Shown piece after piece: positions 1-10,321 of a stretch of DNA of 64,000 nucleotides. Origin of the DNA: an uncultured virus (IMG/VR IMGVR_UViG_3300022841_000001) (Duplodnaviria > Heunggongvirae > Uroviricota > Caudoviricetes > Crassvirales); IMG/VR virus record IMGVR_UViG_3300022841_000001. One strand, written 5' to 3'. A program made the translations under genes and the position numbers. The stretch's first letter is position 1. Every line of letters begins with the position of its first letter. The notes below the pieces were generated by a model. That model was not told where the DNA came from. It made no database searches and worked only from the letters and a program-made list of their open reading frames with translations.

Positions 1-3000
1 GCAGTGTTGCTTAACAAGTTAAAAATGAACAATAAGGCAGCAATTGCTGCTACTAAGAAAATGGTTCAAGCCTTGTCTAGGTCAAAAACTTTAGACAAGA
101 ATACTAGAATAGCTTTAAAGAATTTTGCATCAAACTATGATACGGAGGTTCAGAACGAAGAAACTCTTGCTGAGATTATAGGAATGATTTCTGATAACTA
201 CTTAAAGTTAGAGCCTTCATCAAAAACAATTGTACGTAAGTGGATCGAAAAGATTGCTGATAAACTTGGTTTAGAAATAGGTCAATCTGAGAATGATGTA
301 GTGGATTTGCTTAATGTAATTGCCAGTAAAGTAATGACAGGTACTGTTATTAGTGATGGTGACTTATCTTTTTTAGATAATTTCGAAGGAGGTAAAGATG
401 TTAAAAATCCAATTAACGCATTAAAGAAAAGTATTGTTGGTAATTTTGAAATATCTTATACTGAAGACTCAAAAATTACAGACTACTTAAAGAATAAAAA
501 AAGTACAGAGAAAAGAATTACTCAACCTGTGGATTTGGAATTTATGAGAGGATTAAGTTCCGCTCTTCAGTCTCCGGACGATATGATGGTTGGTCAACTT
601 AAATACAAGGGTAAAGTTATTTTTGAAGGACAAGGCGGTATATTTTTTGTAACAAAGTTTGGTGCAGTATGGGCGTCTGGTGACGTAAAAACAGCAAAAA
701 CTTTGGCAGACATGATAAATAGAAGTGTCAAAGAGAATGGAGGAAAAAGAGGTTTTTTAACTTTAACAAAAGGAACTGATGCAAAATTAGTTAGTAGTGC
801 TTCTGGTGTCAACTCTACTTTAGCTATACTTGAAACAATGCTTGACGAAGGGTTGATTACACCAAGCGCTTTTAGGTCTGCTATTTCCACTACTGTCAGT
901 AAGGCTGGAGGTAAAATAAACTTAAGACAAAGTGCGAAGGATTTAAAAACAGACGTTGATAAGTATTTTTCTGATTCAACTACAAGTACTTTTGCAAAGA
1001 GAGGAGTTGTTGTAAATAATATAGTTACTGAATTAGCTAAATCATTAAAAGCAGATAAGGCAGCTAAGGTAAAAATAATTGAGTTCTTAGGTGGAGATAC
1101 TTCTAAAGGTCTTGGTGCTGGTGTTACAGCTAAATCACAATCATTAGTGGATTTAATAGCAAAGGTTGTTGGCGAAAAGCTCGTGAAAGGACTTAATACT
1201 GGAGATGTTTATGCTGTTATAGAAGTTGAAGGTGAGGTCGAAGCTGTCAAGGGAGACCATAAATCATACAAGGGGTTTATAAAACAAAAGAACGGAAATC
1301 CACCAATACTACATCTTATTCAAAAGAGAGAACATGGTCGTGAATACATTACAAGAGATTCAGGAAAAGTTTATACCGGCCCTGCTGTAGCAACAAATGA
1401 ATTTGTAACATATAATCTTTCAAAAAATATTAACTCAAAAAACGAGTTAACTCTTAGAAAGCAAAAAACAATAAAAGACAATGGAAAACCAACAACAAAA
1501 GAAGGAAACAGAAAATTCAATGAGCCACTACAGGACGCAACAACAATTGCGAATAGAGTTGCAGAGAGAACGGGCATTAATTATGAAGAAGCTACAAGAA
1601 TCGAAAAACTAGATATTGACAGGGCTAGGGAGATTGCTCAAATTTTTGAACAAACAGAACCAAACCCAAACGATAAAGATGTTAAAGAATCTTACGAAGC
1701 TTTAATTGATGAGACTATAGTTCAGTATGAAGAAATACTAGACGGTGGTTACTTGATTGAAATAAATAATGATGAGCCTTACCTGAACTCTAATAAGATG
1801 ATTGATGACTTACGTCAAAAGAAAAATATGAGAATATTTTCTACTGAGGCAGGTTTTGGTGATGGGAAAATAACTGATGCGGAGAGAGCAGCAAATCCAT
1901 TATTAGCAAAGACAAAATTCAAAGATAAAAACGGAGTGCCATTATTAGCTAATGACATCTTTAGGTTTGTTCACGACTTTTTTGGACATGCGAAGATGGG
2001 TAATGGTTTTGGGCCTATTGGTGAAGAAAATGCCTGGAACGTACACTCTAGAATGTACACTGAATTAGCAAGGGGTGCAATGACAACTGAAACTAGGGGT
2101 CAAAACTCTTGGGTTAATTTTTCAGGAGCAAATAAAGATGCATTTATATTAAGAGATGCCGCTAGAAAACTTAGAAAAGAAGGAAGGTTTGAAGAAGCTT
2201 TAGCAAAAGTAGATGAGGCTTATGATTTAATGCGCTTTGCTGATCAAAAAGTGATGTTAATGCCTAAAGTTTATACACTTACTGATTCAGAAATTTCTAA
2301 TACACCTGAAATAAGAAAGCAAAAAGAAGCTGCTGAGAAGCTTGGTATTCTTTATAAGATGAATACAAAAGGATTTATGCCGTCAACTATTCCACTGGGG
2401 CCTCTACAACAATCGGCTAAAAAACTTGGATTAAGAGTTGAGCGAGCATTGTTTAGAGAGGGTTATAATAAAGGTAAGGTTGCAGGTTACTATTTTTCTA
2501 ATGGAATTACTAGCAACGGTAAACCTAGATTCTATAATCCTCGTGTACCAGGAGCAAGAAAGCAAAAGTCTATGAGCGATATTGGCTTAGTAAATAAAGA
2601 CCTTGTTTCAGTTATAAGAATTGGTAGAGAAAATAATATTAAAGACAACACAATAGTAGATTACTTAAAACGTAAAGCTGGGTTTTTAATGAGTGAAATT
2701 AAACCATTAATGAGTTTAAGTGATTACACTCTTGAGAACTTCCCATCTAGCTTCGGTAATATTGAAGGTGGTTTACAGAAGGGTATGATTCTTTTTGATA
2801 GGTTATATAATTTAAAGACTAATCTATATGAAAACAATCTCACAAAGGTTGGTCAAAAAATTACTGAAATAAATGACAAAATAGAATTATTAACTATTCA
2901 GGATGAAAATTCTACTGAGTTAAAAAATACTGAGAAAATAGCAAAACTAAAATCTTCTTTGAAAAAAGTTGAAAAAGAAGCTAGAAAATCAGGGGATAAA

Positions 3001-6000
3001 TTCTACAAGTTTACAACTCAAGAAATAAATAATAAAATTATTGAAGCTTTAGAAAACTCTAAGGAATATAAAGATGCTTCAAATAAAGGAGCCTACAGCA
3101 CTCAGCAAGCAAAAATGATGTCTCAGATGATGAATGCATTTGAAGGCCCTGTGATGCGAGGAGATGCCGCAGCTAAGATAAAAATGGCAAGGCAAATACT
3201 TAGGGAAAGAACTAGAGGTACGAAAGAATTACAAAAAGTAAAAAGAGATTTAAGAAACTTTATTAGAGTAGCACTTCCGAAATTTGTATTTGCTAAGCCT
3301 GAAGTAATTGAATTAATTAATACCATAACAAATGCTAACCTAGATAATATTGAAAATTTAAAGGTTGAGGTTTTAGAGTTTGTAAATAAGAGAACCAATA
3401 TAGAGCTAACAAAACAGATATCTAAAATTTTAGATGGAAAATATGATGACGTTCAATCAGGTCGTAGAAAAGGTTATAAGGTTGATGAGATTACTAGAAA
3501 AAGATTGACGTTTATAAAAGATCTTATTAAAGGTATCAATACTAAAAGCGGTTTTGAAGAGATTACAAATCTTGGTCAAGAGTTTCAGGATAGAATCGAT
3601 AAGTTAGAAAAATCTACATTACAGACTCCTGCAAATCGATCTGAGATAGCGGATTTAAACATAGCTTTAAACTTTATAAATGCACAGCTTTCAGAAGAGA
3701 ACTCTATTGAAAAAACAAGTGAACTTCAGGATGTTGCTGCAAACTTAATTGACCTAGTGAATATAGGTAAATCAACACTAGAGGCTTCTCTAAGAGCTAA
3801 GCATATGGAGTATATTGATTCGTTTCAAAAAGCTTTCTATGAGATTACTGGTAAAAAAGTAAAGGTGTATGTGCCTAATCCTGAATACAATGAGCTACAA
3901 CCAGAGAGTAATAAGAATACAAGGCTTATAAAAAATCCTGAACACGAGGATAATATGAGGGACTTTAAAATGATATCTGATGCCAAGAAAAGTAGGGTAA
4001 CCAATAGAGCGAAAGCATTCTTTTCAAGTATGACAGAAGGGGCTGTTGCTTTTGTTATTGGCCATAATGATTTAGTTGGTTTGATGTCTAAGATTGGTAA
4101 AATGCCTGGCGAAATATTCGGAGGAGACCTACAAGATATGGTGTCCAATAAAATAGACGACTCTACAAATGATTATAAGTCTAGAAAAATGGCCACTACC
4201 CTTGTTATAAATAATAAATTAGAAGAAGTTTACGGTAAGAAATGGAGGGCTAAAGGTCAAAAAGATAGTAAATCTTATCCAACTGGTATACTATTACATA
4301 CAGGTGTGGCGATTGCTGATTTAAGTCAGAATCAAATGGGTTACTTAGTTAACCAGTACAAAGACCCAGCAAACAAACCTTCATTTAAAAATAAATATGG
4401 AGAAGACTACGTTCGTATAATGGCTGAAATGGAATCTAAATTAAATGATGAAGTTGCAGAAATTGGTAGATGGCAGATTGAAGAATTTTTTCCATCTCTA
4501 TATGAGGGATACAATGATGTGTATAAAAAAGTATACAGAACATCGATGCCTTGGAATGAGCATTATGCTGGTAGAATTTACAGAGAAGGTCGACAAGACA
4601 AGGAAGTTCCAAGCATACTATCTCAAACAGAGGGAGCATACAAAGGTTTTGCTAGTCCTGCATCCACAAAAGAAAGAGTATCTAATAAGCTTGCCATTAA
4701 AGACATGGATCAAATGGCGGCAATGATGACGTATGTTAATGATATGAATTATTTTGCTGGTTATGGCGAGAACTTAAATGACATAGCTAAAATTTTTAGT
4801 AACGATGATATCGTAAATGCTATTACTAGTCAGTACGGAAAAGGCCCGATGAAGAGTATTGATACGATGATTCAGAAACTTTCAAACAGAGGTGTTCAAA
4901 AGGAATACGGTATGGAGTGGATTAATAATGTGACGTCCGCTTTTGTTATTGGTAGACTTGCTATTAACCCGACTATTTTTATAAAACAGTTAACTTCCGC
5001 ACCAGCATACGCTGTAAATATTGGTTTCAGAAACTGGATGAAGCAGGCCGCTATGGGTATACCTGAAGTACGGTCTAACTGGAAAGAAATATCTGAAAAT
5101 TCTATATACATACAAGATAGATATGGCTCTTCTATATTAAGAACTCTTGAAACTTATGCTCCAGCAAAAGTAGAAAATTTAATTCCTACTCAAACTATGG
5201 GTAGTATTATAGATACCCTTATGTACTTAGTAAAACAAGGTGATAAAGGAGCAATTGTTGTTGGAGGTATACCTAATTACGCACACTACAAGGCTGAATA
5301 TAAAAAATCAAATCCAGTAGCAACTGAGCAAGAGGTTATTGATTATGCAATTAAGAAGTTTGAGAGAGACACTAAAAGATCTCAGCAGTCAAGTGACCTG
5401 CAGGATAAGGATCAATTTCAAACTGGTAACCCATTATCTAGAACCTTTAATATGTTCCAGACATCTGTTAAGCAGTACTTAAGAAAAGAGATGACCACGA
5501 CTAGGAATCTTTACAGAAAACTAAAAAGTGGAGGTAAAGAAGGTAAGGGAACTTACTGGGAAAACCTTAAGACATTGACAATGTATCACTCTGTTTTGCC
5601 TGTAATTTTTCAATATATTTCTGCTGGTCTTCCGGGAGTCTTAGCACCTTGGGAAGATGAGGATGAGAACGACTTAATTAGAGCTGCAACTTTGGGTAAT
5701 ATAAATGGTTTGTTTATTATAGGTGAAATGTTTAGTGCTTTTGGAGATTTTATGACCGACAAGCCTTGGACTGGAGACGAGACTACTATTCCAGTACTAA
5801 GTATTGGTCTTAAGTTTTTTGCTGAGTTAAATAAAGGAAACCAATACAATGTAACTCAGTTTGACAAGAATGGTGACCAGAGAACACCGGAGTCAGTAGC
5901 TGAAAGTATAGCTGGACAGCAAGCAGTATACAAGAAAGCTTTCTTTAATCTTGCAAATGCAGGACTACCGGTTGCTCAACTTGATAGACTGGTTAAAAAT

Positions 6001-6297
6001 GCTGATAAGATTATGGAAGGTAATATGACTGCAGAGGAGACTATATTAAGAGCTTTACAATTTTCTGACTATGCAATAACTACTGAAGAGTCAAGACAAA
6101 AGGCTAAAGAGAAGCCTAAAAAAGCTAGAGTATTAACATTAAAGCAGTTAGAGAAATACAACCCTGAAGCTTTTGAAAGAAAGATGGAAATTAAGGATAA
6201 GATTAAAAATTCAGATATGTATCTTAAAAAACAAGAGTTAAAGAGGATGCAAAAAGAGCGAAGGGAAGCTCAACTTGAAAAGTATTATAATAGATAA
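1..6297 (+). CDS. C-terminal part of a giant virion/ejection (polyvalent-type) protein; 5' end outside the window
   Basis: Frame open from base 1 for >2090 aa. EETLAE segment near the start resembles the end of a zincin-like domain. An internal FRFVHDFFGH...GEENAW...TETRGQNSWVNF domain is present, RKQK recurs three times, and the C-terminal half is long and helical. Confidence 0.75.
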   Translation, partial: AVLLNKLKMNNKAAIAATKKMVQALSRSKTLDKNTRIALKNFASNYDTEVQNEETLAEIIGMISDNYLKLEPSSKTIVRKWIEKIADKLGLEIGQSENDVVDLLNVIASKVMTGTVISDGDLSFLDNFEGGKDVKNPINALKKSIVGNFEISYTEDSKITDYLKNKKSTEKRITQPVDLEFMRGLSSALQSPDDMMVGQLKYKGKVIFEGQGGIFFVTKFGAVWASGDVKTAKTLADMINRSVKENGGKRGFLTLTKGTDAKLVSSASGVNSTLAILETMLDEGLITPSAFRSAISTTVSKAGGKINLRQSAKDLKTDVDKYFSDSTTSTFAKRGVVVNNIVTELAKSLKADKAAKVKIIEFLGGDTSKGLGAGVTAKSQSLVDLIAKVVGEKLVKGLNTGDVYAVIEVEGEVEAVKGDHKSYKGFIKQKNGNPPILHLIQKREHGREYITRDSGKVYTGPAVATNEFVTYNLSKNINSKNELTLRKQKTIKDNGKPTTKEGNRKFNEPLQDATTIANRVAERTGINYEEATRIEKLDIDRAREIAQIFEQTEPNPNDKDVKESYEALIDETIVQYEEILDGGYLIEINNDEPYLNSNKMIDDLRQKKNMRIFSTEAGFGDGKITDAERAANPLLAKTKFKDKNGVPLLANDIFRFVHDFFGHAKMGNGFGPIGEENAWNVHSRMYTELARGAMTTETRGQNSWVNFSGANKDAFILRDAARKLRKEGRFEEALAKVDEAYDLMRFADQKVMLMPKVYTLTDSEISNTPEIRKQKEAAEKLGILYKMNTKGFMPSTIPLGPLQQSAKKLGLRVERALFREGYNKGKVAGYYFSNGITSNGKPRFYNPRVPGARKQKSMSDIGLVNKDLVSVIRIGRENNIKDNTIVDYLKRKAGFLMSEIKPLMSLSDYTLENFPSSFGNIEGGLQKGMILFDRLYNLKTNLYENNLTKVGQKITEINDKIELLTIQDENSTELKNTEKIAKLKSSLKKVEKEARKSGDKFYKFTTQEINNKIIEALENSKEYKDASNKGAYSTQQAKMMSQMMNAFEGPVMRGDAAAKIKMARQILRERTRGTKELQKVKRDLRNFIRVALPKFVFAKPEVIELINTITNANLDNIENLKVEVLEFVNKRTNIELTKQISKILDGKYDDVQSGRRKGYKVDEITRKRLTFIKDLIKGINTKSGFEEITNLGQEFQDRIDKLEKSTLQTPANRSEIADLNIALNFINAQLSEENSIEKTSELQDVAANLIDLVNIGKSTLEASLRAKHMEYIDSFQKAFYEITGKKVKVYVPNPEYNELQPESNKNTRLIKNPEHEDNMRDFKMISDAKKSRVTNRAKAFFSSMTEGAVAFVIGHNDLVGLMSKIGKMPGEIFGGDLQDMVSNKIDDSTNDYKSRKMATTLVINNKLEEVYGKKWRAKGQKDSKSYPTGILLHTGVAIADLSQNQMGYLVNQYKDPANKPSFKNKYGEDYVRIMAEMESKLNDEVAEIGRWQIEEFFPSLYEGYNDVYKKVYRTSMPWNEHYAGRIYREGRQDKEVPSILSQTEGAYKGFASPASTKERVSNKLAIKDMDQMAAMMTYVNDMNYFAGYGENLNDIAKIFSNDDIVNAITSQYGKGPMKSIDTMIQKLSNRGVQKEYGMEWINNVTSAFVIGRLAINPTIFIKQLTSAPAYAVNIGFRNWMKQAAMGIPEVRSNWKEISENSIYIQDRYGSSILRTLETYAPAKVENLIPTQTMGSIIDTLMYLVKQGDKGAIVVGGIPNYAHYKAEYKKSNPVATEQEVIDYAIKKFERDTKRSQQSSDLQDKDQFQTGNPLSRTFNMFQTSVKQYLRKEMTTTRNLYRKLKSGGKEGKGTYWENLKTLTMYHSVLPVIFQYISAGLPGVLAPWEDEDENDLIRAATLGNINGLFIIGEMFSAFGDFMTDKPWTGDETTIPVLSIGLKFFAELNKGNQYNVTQFDKNGDQRTPESVAESIAGQQAVYKKAFFNLANAGLPVAQLDRLVKNADKIMEGNMTAEETILRALQFSDYAITTEESRQKAKEKPKKARVLTLKQLEKYNPEAFERKMEIKDKIKNSDMYLKKQELKRMQKERREAQLEKYYNR

Positions 6298-6301
6298 AAA
6301 C

Positions 6302-6340
6302 AAAAAAACACTGAGGGCTAAAATCTCTCAGTGTTTATTT
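6302..6340. terminator. Bidirectional intrinsic terminator between the convergent arms
   Basis: AAACACTGAG...CTCAGTGTTT stem flanked by an A-tract and a T-rich tract, between convergent stops at 6297 and 6340. Confidence 0.8.
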
Positions 6341-6534
6341 TATATTTCGTCAGATAAAGATTTTATCAGCTCATTCATTACTAAGATTATATTCCTGGCT
6401 TTGTTTTTAGCCATTTCATGGTCTCTGTCCATAAGGTCTTCATATAATTCATTAGATAAATTGTGCATCTCGTTTGTAACGTGGTTTATATGGCTTATTG
6501 CCGTCACGTCATCATGTGATATTGGGTTTGGCAT
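6340..6534 (-). CDS. Hypothetical protein
   Basis: ATG ORF, last gene of the minus-strand arm. Confidence 0.65.
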   Translation of the reverse strand: MPNPISHDDVTAISHINHVTNEMHNLSNELYEDLMDRDHEMAKNKARNIILVMNELIKSLSDEI

Positions 6535-6580
6535 TTACGTATTTTTAATGAAACCAGTAAGATACATATTTTATATGTTT

Positions 6581-6952
6581 TTAATTTGACAAAGCTGAAG
6601 TAAGTTTTACATCACATCCCAAATTTATCTTAATGTACAGTGCTTCAAGTGGAGTGATATGCTCAGTTGATTGTACATAGTTTCCCTTTTTTATGAGAGA
6701 TTTTTCTGCTCCATTGTCAGAAAATAGGAAGAATGTATTTTCTAATCCTGTGCTGGGAGCTAGGCCAAAATCAAAGTAAGAAACCATATCCACCTCTAAC
6801 TCTTTTATAAACTTAATAGCAGACTCAGTGTTGGTGCCTGCCCTGTAAGCTATTGATGACATTTCTAGTTTTGGGTTTTGTGCGTATATTTTTAACACTT
6901 CTTTTTTTACTAATAATAATTTTGCAGCATCTGCATTTCTAATCTTCGCCAT
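6581..6952 (-). CDS. Hypothetical protein, possible N-terminal HTH
   Basis: Overlaps the upstream gene; NPKLEMSSIAYRAGTNTESAIKFIKEL resembles an HTH. Confidence 0.55.
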   Translation of the reverse strand: MAKIRNADAAKLLLVKKEVLKIYAQNPKLEMSSIAYRAGTNTESAIKFIKELEVDMVSYFDFGLAPSTGLENTFFLFSDNGAEKSLIKKGNYVQSTEHITPLEALYIKINLGCDVKLTSALSN

Positions 6953-7184
6953 TGTATATTTCTGTTTTAAATCCGTGAGACTCTAATTCTTTTAATCTAT
7001 ATTTTTGCAACTCTGAGACTACCCCTTTCGGGGTTTTTACCTCAGAAAATAATACTTCACAACCCTTTGGAAGAGCTATTAAATCAGGGATACCATTCTT
7101 ATTAGTAAGTTTTAACTTAATAACATAGTAACCTTGTGCTTCTAATTGTTTAATCCTTTTCTTTTGTATCTGTTGCTCAGTCAT
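6939..7184 (-). CDS. VRR-NUC family nuclease
   Basis: E-x-x-IQ start, GIPDL, EVK and SELQ motifs; close to an SF2 helicase gene. Confidence 0.9.
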   Translation of the reverse strand: MTEQQIQKKRIKQLEAQGYYVIKLKLTNKNGIPDLIALPKGCEVLFSEVKTPKGVVSELQKYRLKELESHGFKTEIYNGED

Positions 7185-7185
7185 G

Positions 7186-7275
7186 CTATTTGAAAGGATC
7201 GTTATTTTTGTTGAGGTTTATAAAAATTACCACAATAAAAGAAACTATACTTGCTAGTAAAAATAATTCATTCAT
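7186..7275 (-). CDS. 29-aa single-TM peptide (not in ORF track)
   Basis: MNELFLLASIVSFIVVIFINLNKNNDPFK fills the intergenic gap. Confidence 0.5.
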   Translation of the reverse strand: MNELFLLASIVSFIVVIFINLNKNNDPFK

Positions 7276-7285
7276 ATCTATTGTT

Positions 7286-7495
7286 TTAGTTATCAATCCA
7301 TTCCCATCCCAAGCACTTCTTACAGAACCATCTGTTTATATAATTTGGTTTGAGTTCTAATGAGAATGATATACTCATACCTGTACTTCCACCAATCTGA
7401 TACCTACCAACATATTCTGGTGCATTAACCGCATAAGCCTTTGATTCTACATCACTTAATTTAAATACGCCATCGTTACTATCTTTTTTTTTCAT
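7286..7495 (-). CDS. Hypothetical protein
   Basis: Packed minus-strand ORF. Confidence 0.6.
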   Translation of the reverse strand: MKKKDSNDGVFKLSDVESKAYAVNAPEYVGRYQIGGSTGMSISFSLELKPNYINRWFCKKCLGWEWIDN

Positions 7496-7853
7496 CTTTT
7501 AAAATTTTATTTACGACCCCTTCTAGTCTTTTAGGGTCTTTGTTAAACGCTGTTATTACATTACTTAAAATTAAATGAGAGTCAAATCCATCACGAATAA
7601 TTAAATCCATAAAATCAATTAACTTACCTGAAACATTATGTGTGGTGTTTTCATCTGCAGCAAGCACTAAGTCAAACTCTTTTTCTTCGTGAAAGATAAG
7701 CTCTTTGTTTGAGACATTTAACTTTCTTTTTAATTCTTGCTTATAGAATCGTGTGTACTTTAACTTCTCATTGTAGTGGAGTGCTATATAATTTGACAGT
7801 ATTGCTCCGGTTAGATTCTCTAATTCAAATTTAGCTTCTATTGTTTTTGTCAT
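7479..7853 (-). CDS. Hypothetical protein
   Basis: Packed minus-strand ORF. Confidence 0.65.
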   Translation of the reverse strand: MTKTIEAKFELENLTGAILSNYIALHYNEKLKYTRFYKQELKRKLNVSNKELIFHEEKEFDLVLAADENTTHNVSGKLIDFMDLIIRDGFDSHLILSNVITAFNKDPKRLEGVVNKILKDEKKR

Positions 7854-7855
7854 AT

Positions 7856-9088
7856 TTATATCTTGTGCTTTTGGTTAAAATGTCTTAACGTATAATCTTT
7901 CTTTTTTATTACTGATTGATAGATATCGTGTTCAATACCGCCTTTAGAGAATATCCAATACACATCATTCTCAAGCCGTTCTTTTGTTGTCATCCTATCT
8001 CTTGACTGCCAGTAACTGGTCGCACTGAAATCAATATTGTAATAAACAAGTATGTTCGCTTCCTTTAAACTAATCCCTTCCCTTCCACTTACAATCTGTA
8101 GCGCAATACTTTTGTCTGTGGTGTTAAAAACATCTAAGTCCGTACATAGACCGTCTCCATAAGTTTTTTTAAGAGCATTTAATTCTTCTTTAAATTTATA
8201 GAATATACCTATCTTCATATCAGAAAAGTTGTCGTGTATAAATTCAGCTTTGCTATAGTCCAGTACCATAGATTTTCCTGACTCAAATTTTACAGTACCT
8301 GAGTAGATTTGATGCAACTTCATCATTAATTTTACAGGCGTATCTGCGAGTATGACATCATCCTTACCCTCGACCACTAAATTCTTTTTAAGTTTACTAG
8401 CCAGCGAGTAGGTCATATCCGACATCTCTACTTCGATGAGGTGTTCTGTTGTTTGTACCTTAAATCCTGCCTCTTTTTGTGTGTAGGCTAAAGTGTGTGG
8501 CTCCATCGCTTCTATTATTGATTCACGTCCACCTGAGTAATCTTTTATAAGTTGCCCATTGATTTTTCTCTCCTTGACATCCACGTAGTCGTCACAAAAT
8601 CTGTAGAAGTTTTTGTACGCAGAGAATGGGTTGTTCTTTATTCCATAAACTTGGTGATACATCTGACTGTAGTTCTCTGGAGTTGGCGTTCCTGAAAGTA
8701 GTATAGTATACGTGTTTGGATTCTCTAGGAGTAGAAGTTTTATTTGCTTTGCTCGTTTTGTTGGTTTCCTTAACCCACCCATTCCATGTGCCTCGTCACA
8801 CACGATCATATCCCACTTTATTGTTTGGTCTATTTTATGTAGCGACTCGTAGTTTATTACAACAATGTTGTATGATGGTGATAGCATTTTGTAGTCACTT
8901 TCTATGCTACTTATCGCCTTCTTCTTAGTGATGAAAAGCAGGTTCTTTACATTTAAAAGGTCGCTAACTCCAAGGCTTGTAAGTGTCTTTCCTGTTCTAA
9001 CTTCCATAGCTAAGTACACAAATCCATCCTTCTCAAGGAGTGTTTTTGCCTTCTGAATAATCTCTAACTGATAGTCTCTAAATTCCAT
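7856..9088 (-). CDS. SF2 (SNF2-like) DNA helicase
   Basis: FRDYQ Q-motif, MEVRTGKT Walker A, DEAH, SGTP, REGISL and QSRDR motifs. Confidence 0.92.
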   Translation of the reverse strand: MEFRDYQLEIIQKAKTLLEKDGFVYLAMEVRTGKTLTSLGVSDLLNVKNLLFITKKKAISSIESDYKMLSPSYNIVVINYESLHKIDQTIKWDMIVCDEAHGMGGLRKPTKRAKQIKLLLLENPNTYTILLSGTPTPENYSQMYHQVYGIKNNPFSAYKNFYRFCDDYVDVKERKINGQLIKDYSGGRESIIEAMEPHTLAYTQKEAGFKVQTTEHLIEVEMSDMTYSLASKLKKNLVVEGKDDVILADTPVKLMMKLHQIYSGTVKFESGKSMVLDYSKAEFIHDNFSDMKIGIFYKFKEELNALKKTYGDGLCTDLDVFNTTDKSIALQIVSGREGISLKEANILVYYNIDFSATSYWQSRDRMTTKERLENDVYWIFSKGGIEHDIYQSVIKKKDYTLRHFNQKHKI

Positions 9089-9106
9089 TTGATTTTATTT
9101 ATAGGT

Positions 9107-9412
9107 TCAATTCATTTCACTATGTACCCAATTAGCGAGAGTCTCTAAAAAGTCTTTCTTTTTTTTATCATCTAATTTAAAATACTCGTGGCTTACTTTA
9201 CATATTTCTTTATTATCATTTTCAGTTATAATTAAAGGGGTTAATTCTGCTTCTTTACTGATGCCTAAATTACTGCCAACACCAGATAAAATTAATTGCT
9301 CGGCTCTGTCTTTTTTAATCAAGTCCTCTACAAATAATTGTATTTCATAATTGCCTTTTTCACTAAAACCATACTTGTAGTGTATTTCTTGAATTTTGTC
9401 CTGTATACTCAT
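9107..9412 (-). CDS. Hypothetical protein
   Basis: ORF in the operon. Confidence 0.6.
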   Translation of the reverse strand: MSIQDKIQEIHYKYGFSEKGNYEIQLFVEDLIKKDRAEQLILSGVGSNLGISKEAELTPLIITENDNKEICKVSHEYFKLDDKKKKDFLETLANWVHSEMN

Positions 9413-9429
9413 TGTCTATTTATTAAGGT

Positions 9430-9645
9430 TTATAATTTAGGTCTCTCTTTGTATTCTTTAATGAAGTTTAGGCCCCACTCGTATGCATCTTCAGGGTTAT
9501 CGAAGTGTCCCTTAACGTCCTCGGTAACCCAAGATGCTACACCTTTTCTAAGTACGCCAACTATAAATTGGTCTTGGTACCTAGCCATAACCGTCACATT
9601 TAGCCACCATCCTTCAGGAGTAATTCTCCACGGTATACTACCCAT
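9430..9645 (-). CDS. Hypothetical protein
   Basis: TAATG stop/start coupling with the upstream gene. Confidence 0.65.
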   Translation of the reverse strand: MGSIPWRITPEGWWLNVTVMARYQDQFIVGVLRKGVASWVTEDVKGHFDNPEDAYEWGLNFIKEYKERPKL

Positions 9646-10040
9646 TACTTTACAAAGAATTCAATAAGAAACAATCTAGGCGCTACGCTTATGTATACTA
9701 TGTTGTATATATTAGTAAATAAGAAAGCTACGCCTGCTACTGAAAAAATAAGAAACGGAATAATCATCAGAACAAAATGTCCCTTCCTACCAAAAAGAAG
9801 AATCTCATCGTAATCTAAACCCTCTCCGTCATACTTCTCAGACCCTAAGTGGCAAGTAAACCTAGCTAGTAAAAGGAAAATAATAGCCAATAATATGCCA
9901 AGACAAAACCTCAATGTATGCCACATATAAAACTCTTGTAGTAATTGTGGTGCCTGCTCCATAACAAACTCACCTGTCTTCTCGGCTACATTTAAAGCCT
10001 TCTCTAAAATAATTCCTAACTGCTCTTCTAATTTATTCAT
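9645..10040 (-). CDS. Membrane protein (2 TM)
   Basis: Two long hydrophobic segments; F(V)MEQAPQLLQE segment. Confidence 0.7.
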   Translation of the reverse strand: MNKLEEQLGIILEKALNVAEKTGEFVMEQAPQLLQEFYMWHTLRFCLGILLAIIFLLLARFTCHLGSEKYDGEGLDYDEILLFGRKGHFVLMIIPFLIFSVAGVAFLFTNIYNIVYISVAPRLFLIEFFVK

Positions 10041-10061
10041 AATTTATCTATTTAATTTAAT

Positions 10062-10301
10062 TTAAAACACATCAACACACCATATTGGTGTCTTCTCCCC
10101 TACATAAGCACCGCTTACGTTGTATGAGAAATACTCCAAAGCATCCTCCTGAGACATATCCTCCATAAGTATTGCTATACATAAAGCAACCGAGTATATG
10201 AGCCTCATACTATGCTCGTCAATTCCAATTACTGCGGAGTCAAATCCGTCAGCCTTTAATAGCTCCTCTTCACTAAAAATCTCTACTATATCTTCTAACA
10301 T
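10062..10301 (-). CDS. Conserved phage hypothetical protein (start MLEDIVE)
   Basis: LLKADGFDSAVIG...LIYS...EDALEYFSYNVSGAYVGEKTPIW pattern recognised from phage proteins; ATG at 10301 avoids overlap with the upstream gene. Confidence 0.75.
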   Translation of the reverse strand: MLEDIVEIFSEEELLKADGFDSAVIGIDEHSMRLIYSVALCIAILMEDMSQEDALEYFSYNVSGAYVGEKTPIWCVDVF

Positions 10302-10321
10302 TCTATTTATTTTACACTTTA

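Noticed and set aside
594..5849. Short antisense or alternative-frame track ORFs inside the giant gene, and similar ones inside other long genes
   Set aside because: Shadow ORFs of long coding frames with no initiation context or motifs
7021..7038. ACCCC-TTTC-GGGGT-TTTT hairpin
   Set aside because: Inside the VRR-NUC gene on the antisense strand; could be a backup terminator but is also explained by the KTPKGV codons
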